A stretch of DNA of 64,000 bases, taken from the sequence record NC_048182.1, one strand, 5' to 3'. Below, one piece after another: positions 38,348 to 46,487 of the stretch. A program made the position numbers and the translations under genes. The notes beneath the pieces were generated by a model, which was given only the letters and a program-made list of their open reading frames with translations, was not told where the DNA came from and did no database searches. Position 1 is the stretch's first letter, and every line of letters begins with the position of its first letter.

Positions 38348-38577
38348 GATTACCATTCGGCAAACTAATTAAGAAGGATTCAATTATGAAGTCTTTATAG
38401 TCAGCTATCACTAGACGATAGCACTTAACCCTAAATACATTACACAGGAAAATTGAAATCAGTATACTTACTGAAGACCCTATTAAATGTTTTACCTCAC
38501 CCCCGTAGTACTTCAAGAATGCCGTTCAATGATGAGCGGTATCCCCCAAGTGTTAATCACTAACCAAAGGAAGTAAG

Positions 38578-38829
38578 ATGAAAACTGTGTTTGGCTTGAT
38601 AATTATTGCCGTATTATTAGTGTTCATGTGGACACCTGGTTCTGGTTATCAACCGGCTGTTGAGCAAGCGGGTTACACCAATGTAGATATGGGTACTTAC
38701 TCATTCTTCTATTGTCCTAAAGAAGAAGTAGGGTATGACTTCACCGCTACCATGAATGGTAAACGTGTTGAAGGTGTTGTTTGTCGTTCCCATTTCTTCT
38801 GGGGTTCTTATCAAGTTCGCACACTGTAA
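38578..38829 (+). CDS. Small membrane-anchored protein with two Cys (83 aa)
   Basis: N-terminal TM; AAGGA SD. Confidence 0.75.
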   Translation: MKTVFGLIIIAVLLVFMWTPGSGYQPAVEQAGYTNVDMGTYSFFYCPKEEVGYDFTATMNGKRVEGVVCRSHFFWGSYQVRTL

Positions 38830-38838
38830 GGTATTGAA

Positions 38839-39144
38839 ATGAAAAAGCTTTTACTGGTAATTGCATTGCTCACTGTCAACCAAGCTCAGGCGTCTACTGA
38901 TTTGAATCAACCGATGTGTCGTGTGGAGATCTGTAACAAGATTGAACGTTTCACATTGTCTCTCGGTAGTATCATCGGTGATGCAATGGGTGAGAAGTGT
39001 GATGTGGTTATCATGCCTAAATCAGAAGCAGTGGTTGGGCGCGTATTAAGTTCTGAATCTCGCTGGTATCAAGGTAGTTCTATTAACCCTACCAAGAAAT
39101 CGGTTACCCGTGTCAGTCAAGTCCTGGAATGCCAGGAAGATTAA
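38839..39144 (+). CDS. Putative secreted protein (101 aa)
   Basis: Signal peptide MKKLLLVIALLTVNQAQA; four Cys. Confidence 0.75.
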   Translation: MKKLLLVIALLTVNQAQASTDLNQPMCRVEICNKIERFTLSLGSIIGDAMGEKCDVVIMPKSEAVVGRVLSSESRWYQGSSINPTKKSVTRVSQVLECQED

Positions 39145-39159
39145 TAAGGTATCATTATC

Positions 39160-39636
39160 ATGAAAACTATTTTAGCTGCAATTCTGTTCTGCTTTACTTC
39201 TGTTTCTTTTGCTGCGTCTTACGATATGAAAACCGGCGATGAGCTGGTAGGTGATCGTTGCGCTCCTGGTGATGTCATTTATTATGGTGTCACTAAGAAA
39301 GGCACCAAAGATGTGGTCATCTGTCAGGATGGTCAAACTGTTACTTATGGTTTCGGTAACATTCTGAAGAACTGGTCTGGTAAAGACCTGGTACTTGACG
39401 TTAAATCGTCAGAAGTTATTGAACGAGTTACGGACAACGACCAAGAAAGTTCTGAGATCTTTATTGTCCGTAATGCTACTAATGCATACGCCATTGTTCA
39501 CCGTGTAGATTTGAAGACCGGTGACGAAACCAACACGCTGGAAGTCCATACCCGTGATGGTAAGAAACAACTGGCAAACATCGAACTGGATAACGACTTT
39601 ATCGTTAACCGTATCCGTGACAACTTTGTTAAGTAA
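39160..39636 (+). CDS. Putative secreted protein (158 aa)
   Basis: Signal peptide MKTILAAILFCFTSVSFA. Confidence 0.75.
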   Translation: MKTILAAILFCFTSVSFAASYDMKTGDELVGDRCAPGDVIYYGVTKKGTKDVVICQDGQTVTYGFGNILKNWSGKDLVLDVKSSEVIERVTDNDQESSEIFIVRNATNAYAIVHRVDLKTGDETNTLEVHTRDGKKQLANIELDNDFIVNRIRDNFVK

Positions 39637-39645
39637 GGAACGACC

Positions 39646-40047
39646 ATGGAAGTAACTTTAGATTTGAGCTGCCCTGAACATCATCACAGCTCTAAGTTTC
39701 CAAAAGCAATCCGTGAGCTGATTTACCGTAAGGAACATGACGATCTTTTCAGCATGATTCCTAACCGTTATTGTTCTCCTCACTCTGGCGGACAGCATCG
39801 TTTAACTATGCGCGGTAAGCGCGCTGATGTTGTTGCTTGGCTGGATATGTTCAGTGAAACCTTTGGTAAAGATGTGGGGCCGGAGATAGCTATCCTCAAA
39901 CACCGCATCCGCACTTATTTTATTCAGAATACTGATAAGCCAACCTACTCACTCAAGTTGGGTGAGATTGAGCGTCAGATCCCAGTCCATGGTGAACTGA
40001 AAAGCCGCCCTTGGTTCTGGCACATGGAAGATGAACTCCATGGATGA
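39646..40047 (+). CDS. Hypothetical protein (133 aa)
   Basis: AAGGA SD, in array. Confidence 0.75.
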   Translation: MEVTLDLSCPEHHHSSKFPKAIRELIYRKEHDDLFSMIPNRYCSPHSGGQHRLTMRGKRADVVAWLDMFSETFGKDVGPEIAILKHRIRTYFIQNTDKPTYSLKLGEIERQIPVHGELKSRPWFWHMEDELHG

Positions 40048-40327
40048 TTTTAAAGAAATCCTGACTTTTAAAGGTGGGATCTTTCTTGGAGTCATAATGT
40101 GGATTTTATTCTTAATGGCGTTCATGCTTATTGGGATGCTGATCATGCTTCCTTTCCAGCTTGCCGCTGATAAGAAAGAAATGGAAGAACAGCATTGTGT
40201 CTTTACTGAAGAAACCAAAACGCATATGCAATCGGGCACTATGTTGGTAGGAAAAGTTATTATCCCCACCCAACACCTAGTTACCGAAAATAAATACATC
40301 TGTGATGATCACGAACGTTGGAGGTAA
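40031..40327 (+). CDS. Membrane protein (98 aa)
   Basis: Long hydrophobic segment GGIFLGVIMWILFLMAFMLIGMLIMLPF. Confidence 0.7.
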   Translation: MNSMDDFKEILTFKGGIFLGVIMWILFLMAFMLIGMLIMLPFQLAADKKEMEEQHCVFTEETKTHMQSGTMLVGKVIIPTQHLVTENKYICDDHERWR

Positions 40328-40328
40328 T

Positions 40329-40691
40329 ATGCAATACGTATCAAGCTTTATCCATGTCCCTGTTTCTGATGGCCGTATGGCAGCTATCGATGTTAAATCA
40401 ATAACATTGATGGTAAAACCAAATGCACGTTATTGCGATGGAAAAACCAAAGTTTATCACGATAACGATGGTCATATTGAAGTTCTTATGGATCGTGAAA
40501 AACTGGTTGATCTGGTTGAAGATAAACGTCGTGAGTTGTGGATGAATGAACGCGCTGCTCAGATTGAGAGCAGCAAACTCATGATAACCTTGATCGAAAC
40601 TGTTGGGGTATTAAGTTCTAACTCCATTCAAAAAGCCTCTAATGAGATTGACAAGATGGGTTTGCAATTACCCGATGGTTCTAATCTCTAA
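40329..40691 (+). CDS. Hypothetical protein with FlbD-like small beta domain
   Basis: GAGG SD before ATG 40329; AIDVKSITLM..TKVY..IEV pattern. Confidence 0.65.
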   Translation: MQYVSSFIHVPVSDGRMAAIDVKSITLMVKPNARYCDGKTKVYHDNDGHIEVLMDREKLVDLVEDKRRELWMNERAAQIESSKLMITLIETVGVLSSNSIQKASNEIDKMGLQLPDGSNL

Positions 40692-40723
40692 ATCATCGAT
40701 CAACCTTTATTAAGGAACCTTAT

Positions 40724-41017
40724 ATGGATTTCCAGATAGAGTTTACTTACGAAGAGACTGGCGATAAGTTTGCGCTAGATCCTCGTGATATTACCATGAT
40801 TAGTTCTTTTGGTTCCAAAGCGATCGTTCACCACCATGGCAAAGAAACCATTGTGGACAATTCTTATGTGGATTGTCGAACTCGTCTTCGTGAAGCTCGT
40901 GTCGCAATAATTGAGTATAACCGGACTGAAGAAACCAATCGTGAGATAGAGCGCGAACATGCCAATGGTAAGTTTGGGCGTACTCCGGTTCCCCATAACA
41001 GTAAGTGGAGTTTCTAA
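40724..41017 (+). CDS. FlbD-like small beta-domain protein (97 aa)
   Basis: IEFTYEETGDKFALDPRDITMI..AIV..G..IVDNSY resembles the FlbD pattern. Confidence 0.65.
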   Translation: MDFQIEFTYEETGDKFALDPRDITMISSFGSKAIVHHHGKETIVDNSYVDCRTRLREARVAIIEYNRTEETNREIEREHANGKFGRTPVPHNSKWSF

Positions 41018-41436
41018 TGCATAGACATATTGAGTTTATCGAAATTTTGGAAATCCAGGGGGATGGAGTTATTAAGAAAAGGCCACACATGGTCAGTTTC
41101 GATTCCATCAAATCACTGGTCACTTCTAAGCACGATGGTTGCTGCGAAGTAAAGTTTAACAACGACGATCGGATGCTGGTTGTTGGTCAGTACGAAACAC
41201 TTAAGACCTTGTTGGAGGAATGTCGTACAGGTCTGCTTCCAAAGCTCTGCTATGTGTTCCAGCAATCTGCCGTGGGTAGCACTTATTCCCATTACGTACC
41301 TACCGACACTGTTGGAAGTATCATGGTGAATAAAGGTAGTAACGTCGTTACTCTTGTTCTGAAAACTGGCGAAAAGATTAGCACGGGCCTGGTCATGACA
41401 GAACTGAAGAAAACATTAATTGAGGTTCGTTTCTGA
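41017..41436 (+). CDS. Protein with two FlbD-like repeats
   Basis: GGAG SD, TAATG coupling; VSFDSIKSL..EVKF..LV and VPTDTVGSI..TLVLKTGEKI. Confidence 0.6.
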   Translation: MHRHIEFIEILEIQGDGVIKKRPHMVSFDSIKSLVTSKHDGCCEVKFNNDDRMLVVGQYETLKTLLEECRTGLLPKLCYVFQQSAVGSTYSHYVPTDTVGSIMVNKGSNVVTLVLKTGEKISTGLVMTELKKTLIEVRF

Positions 41437-41786
41437 TGCCCCATTATTTAAAAGTGCTTGAAGTAGACAAAGTCCTGGTCGAAGGTGTTAAAGTATTCAA
41501 CCACGATGCGCTGGAAGGTAAGTACACTACGGTATTCGAAACTTGGCGTACATTCATGAATAACGTCGTTAAGAATCATTACGATGTACATAACGGCGAG
41601 TGGGACCATGACATGTTCGTCATGGATCAAAATGATGTCTGCTGGTTAGAAGAATCATTGATACAGTCGTTAACCGGCGGACTTGATGATCAGGAAGAAA
41701 TTGAAAAGCTTGGGGAGTTCTGTGCGGCTCTTAGTAACCTTGATTTCTCCAAAGATAAAGCTTACTTAATCTGCTGGGGTAAATAA
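41436..41786 (+). CDS. Hypothetical acidic protein (116 aa)
   Basis: TGATG coupling. Confidence 0.7.
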   Translation: MPHYLKVLEVDKVLVEGVKVFNHDALEGKYTTVFETWRTFMNNVVKNHYDVHNGEWDHDMFVMDQNDVCWLEESLIQSLTGGLDDQEEIEKLGEFCAALSNLDFSKDKAYLICWGK

Positions 41787-41956
41787 TGTCAAAAGGTGTG
41801 AGTAGACGCTCACTGCTGCTATTTGTGGTGGGTAAGTCATTCACGCCAAAAGCAGTGGTAGAGGACGTGGTTGTATCAACAATCTTAAAAGCCGCGGTTG
41901 GGCCAAAGTTAGAACTTTTAACATCACTTAGAAAGAGATTAAATTATGCAAAGTAA
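41786..41956 (+). CDS. Small ORF (56 aa, not in the track) MSKGVSRRSLLLFVVGK...
   Basis: TAATG coupling to the upstream gene; fills an otherwise empty gap. Confidence 0.4.
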   Translation: MSKGVSRRSLLLFVVGKSFTPKAVVEDVVVSTILKAAVGPKLELLTSLRKRLNYAK

Positions 41957-42701
41957 AAACAAAGACTGGTTCTTTTATAACGGGTTCTCCTGGTCACGTG
42001 TCATACTCCGTGGTGGTGGCGATTATCGCTTTCAGGTTGCCATTAAACTGACCGATAAAAACTTCGGTCCCATTGAACTCCGTGAAGTTTTGATTTCTCA
42101 AACTTATTGGTCTGAATTAATTCAGACCAGCAAAGACATCTGGACCCATGAGCTTCCAGAGCACGTCTATAAACATTTACAAGAGTCGTATAGTCGCGAT
42201 CGACTCAATACCTTATTGCATGCCGATCTCTATCCTCTGATCGATTGGGAGCGTTATCGTAAGGCTAACAAGAAATATGTTCCTTTAGAGGAATGTATTA
42301 AACTGTGCGGTGTTCCTTACACCGACCTTGAAATCAGTCCAGAAGGGAATAAAGAATTATTCCTTACTGAAGAACAGTGGTTCAAGAAATTTGAGATTGA
42401 ACTGTGTGAAGATATTCGTGGTGTTGGTGGGTTCCATCATGGTAATGGAGATTGCGATCTATTAGCTTATATCACTTATGAAATGACGACCGGGAAGGTT
42501 GTATTGGATATTCGCGGATCTAATCCTGATCAAGATTCCATCGTGAGATTCCAACAGCACCGTAGTAAAGATTGGGCGCATGAATTTAACTTGGGTATCA
42601 ATAGGATGACTTGGGTTAGCGAAGAACATGAGTTCTCTATTCTGGACCTAAAAGATATGGTCCGTCGCGCCGCTGTTTATATTTCATCTTTTAATCAATA
42701 G
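41946..42701 (+). CDS. Hypothetical protein (251 aa)
   Basis: Long ORF in array. Confidence 0.8.
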   Translation: MQSKNKDWFFYNGFSWSRVILRGGGDYRFQVAIKLTDKNFGPIELREVLISQTYWSELIQTSKDIWTHELPEHVYKHLQESYSRDRLNTLLHADLYPLIDWERYRKANKKYVPLEECIKLCGVPYTDLEISPEGNKELFLTEEQWFKKFEIELCEDIRGVGGFHHGNGDCDLLAYITYEMTTGKVVLDIRGSNPDQDSIVRFQQHRSKDWAHEFNLGINRMTWVSEEHEFSILDLKDMVRRAAVYISSFNQ

Positions 42702-42710
42702 GGACTTTTC

Positions 42711-43154
42711 ATGCTAGAGTACATCGCGCATAACGGTGCTGTTGTTCGTGAACCTCATCACACCAACATCAATCCGATTCAGGCAGTTCTGTTTGTTGAA
42801 TCAACCGATGTTGATTTTGATCCAGGATTTCGTATCAATGTTAACGGGGATCGTCCTATTCCCATTACTGGTGGATTCCAATCATTTCAGCAAATTGTGG
42901 GTGACTATCAGCCTCGTCAGGGTGGTGGGCAAGATGCTGAAGATATTAAAGATATTCTCAGTAAGCTGGAATGGACTGGTTATGCGTACATTCATGAAGG
43001 CCCGCTTCAGTTTGGCATCCCTCGTTTACTTCTCGTCTCTCATAATAACTTGGTAGACAGCGATCCATTGTGGCGTGAGATCTCCACTACCAAACTGAAA
43101 GACATCATCAATCAATTTTACACTGGACCTAAGGTAGAAAAAGAATGGAAGTAA
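42711..43154 (+). CDS. Hypothetical protein (147 aa)
   Basis: AGGGA SD. Confidence 0.75.
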   Translation: MLEYIAHNGAVVREPHHTNINPIQAVLFVESTDVDFDPGFRINVNGDRPIPITGGFQSFQQIVGDYQPRQGGGQDAEDIKDILSKLEWTGYAYIHEGPLQFGIPRLLLVSHNNLVDSDPLWREISTTKLKDIINQFYTGPKVEKEWK

Positions 43155-43612
43155 AATACTTGTGGGGTACGTTCATTGCGCTCAAAGAGGGTGATGAAGA
43201 CATTAAGGACAACTGGAAGTTCGAGGAAGGGTTAGTACTGACTCGTAAAGCAGATGTCTATCAACATCGTGACATGATGAAAGATGTCCGTTGTAATGTT
43301 TGCTATGGTGGGTTTGCTAAACGTTTCCGCAAACCGGATGAGATTACCTTCTATGGCGAATCGATCTCTTGTCGTGTTAATACCCCAGAAGACGAGAAGG
43401 GTAAAGCTCGACTGATGAGTTCCTATGTCGGCGCTCGTTACTGGAAAGCAGAGTTCGGCGAGTCAGGTCGTAAGCATGCCGTATTCCTGTTACTGGATAA
43501 AGCGCTGGTCCCTTCTAAAGGGTTTGAAGAAACCTCACCATGGAGTGAATCCTCTCATGCCGAAATGCGAGAAATCATCGAAGCGGAAGTCACAGCAAAC
43601 GGATACTGGTAA
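43145..43612 (+). CDS. Hypothetical protein (155 aa)
   Basis: Short overlap with the upstream gene. Confidence 0.75.
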   Translation: MEVKYLWGTFIALKEGDEDIKDNWKFEEGLVLTRKADVYQHRDMMKDVRCNVCYGGFAKRFRKPDEITFYGESISCRVNTPEDEKGKARLMSSYVGARYWKAEFGESGRKHAVFLLLDKALVPSKGFEETSPWSESSHAEMREIIEAEVTANGYW

Positions 43613-43640
43613 TTACCCTAACAAAGGTAAGTTAGGGGAT

Positions 43641-43793
43641 ATGGGTCCAGATCCCAGAATGGGCGGGTACAAAGCTCCCCTGGATAGTTATCCCCACACC
43701 ATGCCACACATTTCCACCATTGTAAAAACCCGTACATCTATTGCAGTAAACATTGCATTAGGTCGTGGGCTACTTGCTGCCAAATTGCGATAA
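43641..43793 (+). CDS. Small ORF (50 aa) MGPDPRMGGY...
   Basis: AGGGG SD; ends just before a terminator. Confidence 0.45.
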   Translation: MGPDPRMGGYKAPLDSYPHTMPHISTIVKTRTSIAVNIALGRGLLAAKLR

Positions 43794-43804
43794 GCAAACA
43801 TATT

Positions 43805-43856
43805 CCCCTACCCCTCCTTTCGGAGCGGGTAGGGTGTATGCTTTATTTCTTTTTTA
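43805..43856. terminator. Terminator between convergent genes, near-copy of the 6343 hairpin
   Basis: CCCTACCCCTCC-TTTC-GGAGCGGGTAGGG plus T-rich tract. Confidence 0.75.
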
Positions 43857-44465
43857 TACTATAGCGTTAACGTCTTCAATAAAGAAGAGATCGCCAGTAA
43901 CTGAATCGATGTTGATTGCTTCAACACGGAATGTTCCTGAGGCTTTGGTAACAGGGTCCATTTGCGGCGCAGCTTCACTTGCTACAGTGTCCCAGTAGAT
44001 ATCTTCCATGACACTCATTACTTCATCTGGGTTGGCGTTAGCTGCGTTGATTACAACACCGTATCGTTCAGTGCTGTGAATATAAACCAATCCACGACCT
44101 TGACTATCGCCGTTAATAGCTGCAACTAAAGCATCTGCATCGATGTACTCAGTTGGGATAATGCCGAACTCTGTAAAGATATCAGCAATGTTGACTTTCT
44201 CTACAGAAATGTCAGCACGCAAGAAACCTGTTTTACGGGAAACGAAACAAGCACGGACAATACCGTTACTCATACCTACTGGAGGTTCAATGATGACGTC
44301 CGACCAAATCAATCCGTCGTATCGACGTTTGGCCAGAGCAAGTTCTGCCGCTGCCGGTTCGCCCAGCGCTTCCAGTTTGGCAATGCGCTCAGCCATGAAC
44401 CTTTTGGCGGACAAGAACACAGGGTCTTTAACCCTTTTGCTGTTTGTACCGGTAACTGTGATCAT
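43854..44465 (-). CDS. Stand-alone paralogue of the N-terminal domain of the 5119-aa protein (203 aa)
   Basis: AELALAKRRYDGL..DVIIE..GIVRACFVSRKTGF vs AELALAKERYDSL..DLVIE..GIQRVCIVSRKTGF. Confidence 0.85.
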   Translation of the reverse strand: MITVTGTNSKRVKDPVFLSAKRFMAERIAKLEALGEPAAAELALAKRRYDGLIWSDVIIEPPVGMSNGIVRACFVSRKTGFLRADISVEKVNIADIFTEFGIIPTEYIDADALVAAINGDSQGRGLVYIHSTERYGVVINAANANPDEVMSVMEDIYWDTVASEAAPQMDPVTKASGTFRVEAINIDSVTGDLFFIEDVNAIV

Positions 44466-44600
44466 ATTAATACCTATGGTGAAACTCGCTAAGGAAACTC
44501 AATCTCAAACGATTCTTTCGTTCAAGAAGTTCTAATTATTTATAGGCTGATATTATCCTATTGACATACCATACACATGTTAAAGAAAAGGTTACGAATA

Positions 44601-45020
44601 ATGACTGATCCAGTAAAAGATACCGCTAAATTGGCTGAAGAAGTTTTTGGGGAAATTCATGGGAAAGAATGGCGTGCTCAGGTCGCCACTCAATCACGTA
44701 TCATACTGGCTAAAAGTAAAATAGCTTACCTTCAACGCTATAAGCGTATGGTGAGTAATGGGTTAGACGGTTTACGCGGTAAACTGAAATGGTATCATTT
44801 ATATCAGCGAGTGAGATTAAACATACATTGCTATGTCTTTAAGCATGAATTATCTCCCCGTGTTGATAAACTTTGTGCTGAGTGGGAACGAGTAATCAAG
44901 TTCCCTAATAACATGATTTTTGACATGGCTAAGAAAGAGCAAGCTTTGTTTGAGCAAGATTATAAAAAATCATTAGCCATAATGGCTCGTCTCCCAAACA
45001 CAGATTCAATGGAAGGTTAG
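44601..45020 (+). CDS. Hypothetical helical protein
   Basis: AAGG SD before ATG 44601. Confidence 0.7.
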   Translation: MTDPVKDTAKLAEEVFGEIHGKEWRAQVATQSRIILAKSKIAYLQRYKRMVSNGLDGLRGKLKWYHLYQRVRLNIHCYVFKHELSPRVDKLCAEWERVIKFPNNMIFDMAKKEQALFEQDYKKSLAIMARLPNTDSMEG

Positions 45021-45021
45021 A

Positions 45022-45396
45022 ATGGAAACTAATTTAGAAGTTCGTGTGATGTTATCAGGTCAGGTTCATCAAGATTTGTTGAAAGCTTTATATAATGCCA
45101 AAAATGATTTCTTGGAAGTTCGAGGATCTGGTAAATATTTCTGGCCTAACTTGATTAAGTGGTGGAAATTCAACGGGGTTATTCGCAGCTGGAAGAAAGC
45201 GTGGGATTACGATAATGAAGCGCTGGACATTATCAGCGATACTCAATCCCCAGAGTGTATGGTTGAACCAGTTAATGAGATGAACGATTTACTTGTTAAC
45301 TACAAATCCGATATAGTAGGTGTACTCTCTTTCGCTTATGGGAAGGATGTCGCCATTGATTTCTTCAATATCTATTCGTTCGGAGGCCGTATTTAA
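45022..45396 (+). CDS. Hypothetical protein (124 aa)
   Basis: Tightly packed in array. Confidence 0.7.
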   Translation: METNLEVRVMLSGQVHQDLLKALYNAKNDFLEVRGSGKYFWPNLIKWWKFNGVIRSWKKAWDYDNEALDIISDTQSPECMVEPVNEMNDLLVNYKSDIVGVLSFAYGKDVAIDFFNIYSFGGRI

Positions 45397-45914
45397 TGAA
45401 TAAAGTAATTTGGTCGGATTTGCATATCGACCATCTCTCTGCTGCTAAACACCGCGGTTTCGAAAGTCTTAAAGATTTTCAGGAGTGTGTTGCCGAGGCG
45501 TGGATTAAGAAAGTCACTCCAAGAACTGACATTATCATTGTTGGTGATTGTGCATTATGGAACGATGGGTTATCCATTATCAAGAAGCTTCCTGCTCGTA
45601 AGAAGATTCTGGTATTGGGTAATCACGATCTGGAACGTGGGAATTGCATTCGCGATATCTTGGAAGTCTTTGATGAAGTCCAAGGATTGATGAAAGAAGA
45701 TAAACACAAAATCTGGTATCAACATTGCCCGATGCACCACACCCAACTACGCCATGGAATTAATATCCATGGGCATACACATAAAGACATCATTAAAGAT
45801 GAACGTTATGTGAATGTATGTTGGGATCTTCTTAAAGACGGTCCTGTTGATTTCGAGAAAATCTTGACAGGGGAATACAGGAGCTATCATGCCCCAGCAA
45901 CCAACGCTGCGTGA
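45396..45914 (+). CDS. Calcineurin-like metallophosphoesterase (172 aa)
   Basis: SDLH, VGD, GNHD, HCP and HGHTH motifs. Confidence 0.9.
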   Translation: MNKVIWSDLHIDHLSAAKHRGFESLKDFQECVAEAWIKKVTPRTDIIIVGDCALWNDGLSIIKKLPARKKILVLGNHDLERGNCIRDILEVFDEVQGLMKEDKHKIWYQHCPMHHTQLRHGINIHGHTHKDIIKDERYVNVCWDLLKDGPVDFEKILTGEYRSYHAPATNAA

Positions 45915-46146
45915 ATTAACTGCAGCGTATTGGGAGTTGTTTAAAGGACAACTCATAAAGGCAGTGGTTGGAATTTTCTTTGTGTGTATCTTAGCGACTT
46001 GTGTTGGGTTATATTACGGTGAGGACGCTATGAATGACATGATGATATTCTGGAAAATTGAAATTTATCTATCACTGTTTGTAATAGCACTGTTTCTATT
46101 CAAACGCTTTATTTTTAATCGCTTAACTGGAAAACGTAAATCATGA
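45889..46146 (+). CDS. Two-TM membrane protein (85 aa)
   Basis: AGGAG SD; two hydrophobic helices; basic tail. Confidence 0.7.
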   Translation: MPQQPTLRELTAAYWELFKGQLIKAVVGIFFVCILATCVGLYYGEDAMNDMMIFWKIEIYLSLFVIALFLFKRFIFNRLTGKRKS

Positions 46147-46487
46147 AACTGACTTGGTATAAAGTTTATCGTGTTCTGATGCTTCTTGTTATTATAAGTT
46201 GGGTACTTCCTGATCTGTTTATCGGAAATCCGATTGCTGATAAGATCCATGAATTTTGGTACGCCAAAAATCTTTATTATGCGATCGTTGCCGTAGCTAT
46301 CTTTGATTTGGGTTGGTGTGTTGGCTACGCCGTTAAAGAACGTGAGATGAAGAAGCGTTGTACTCTTCGTCATGCTAACGACCCAAAGCGTCATAACCTT
46401 GTTGGTGCTCAATGTAACAGCAGTGAGCCATCTCGTGATTATAAAGAAACTGTGATCGAGCAACTTAACCAGGAGATTAAGAAGTGA
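46143..46487 (+). CDS. Two-TM membrane protein (114 aa)
   Basis: ATGA coupling; two hydrophobic segments. Confidence 0.7.
   Translation: MKLTWYKVYRVLMLLVIISWVLPDLFIGNPIADKIHEFWYAKNLYYAIVAVAIFDLGWCVGYAVKEREMKKRCTLRHANDPKRHNLVGAQCNSSEPSRDYKETVIEQLNQEIKK

Noticed and set aside
38386-38508. SD-led MKSL*SAITRR*HLTL... frame with in-frame TAGs, raising stop-codon reassignment
   Set aside because: Ordinary genes here end in TAG (e.g. 42701, 45020, 55547, 56155) and very long ORFs are intact under code 11; likely noise or a decayed remnant
38519-38542. Hairpin ATGCCGTTCA-ATGA-TGAGCGGTAT as a possible ncRNA
   Set aside because: Single short stem with no family features; more likely a processing or weak termination hairpin
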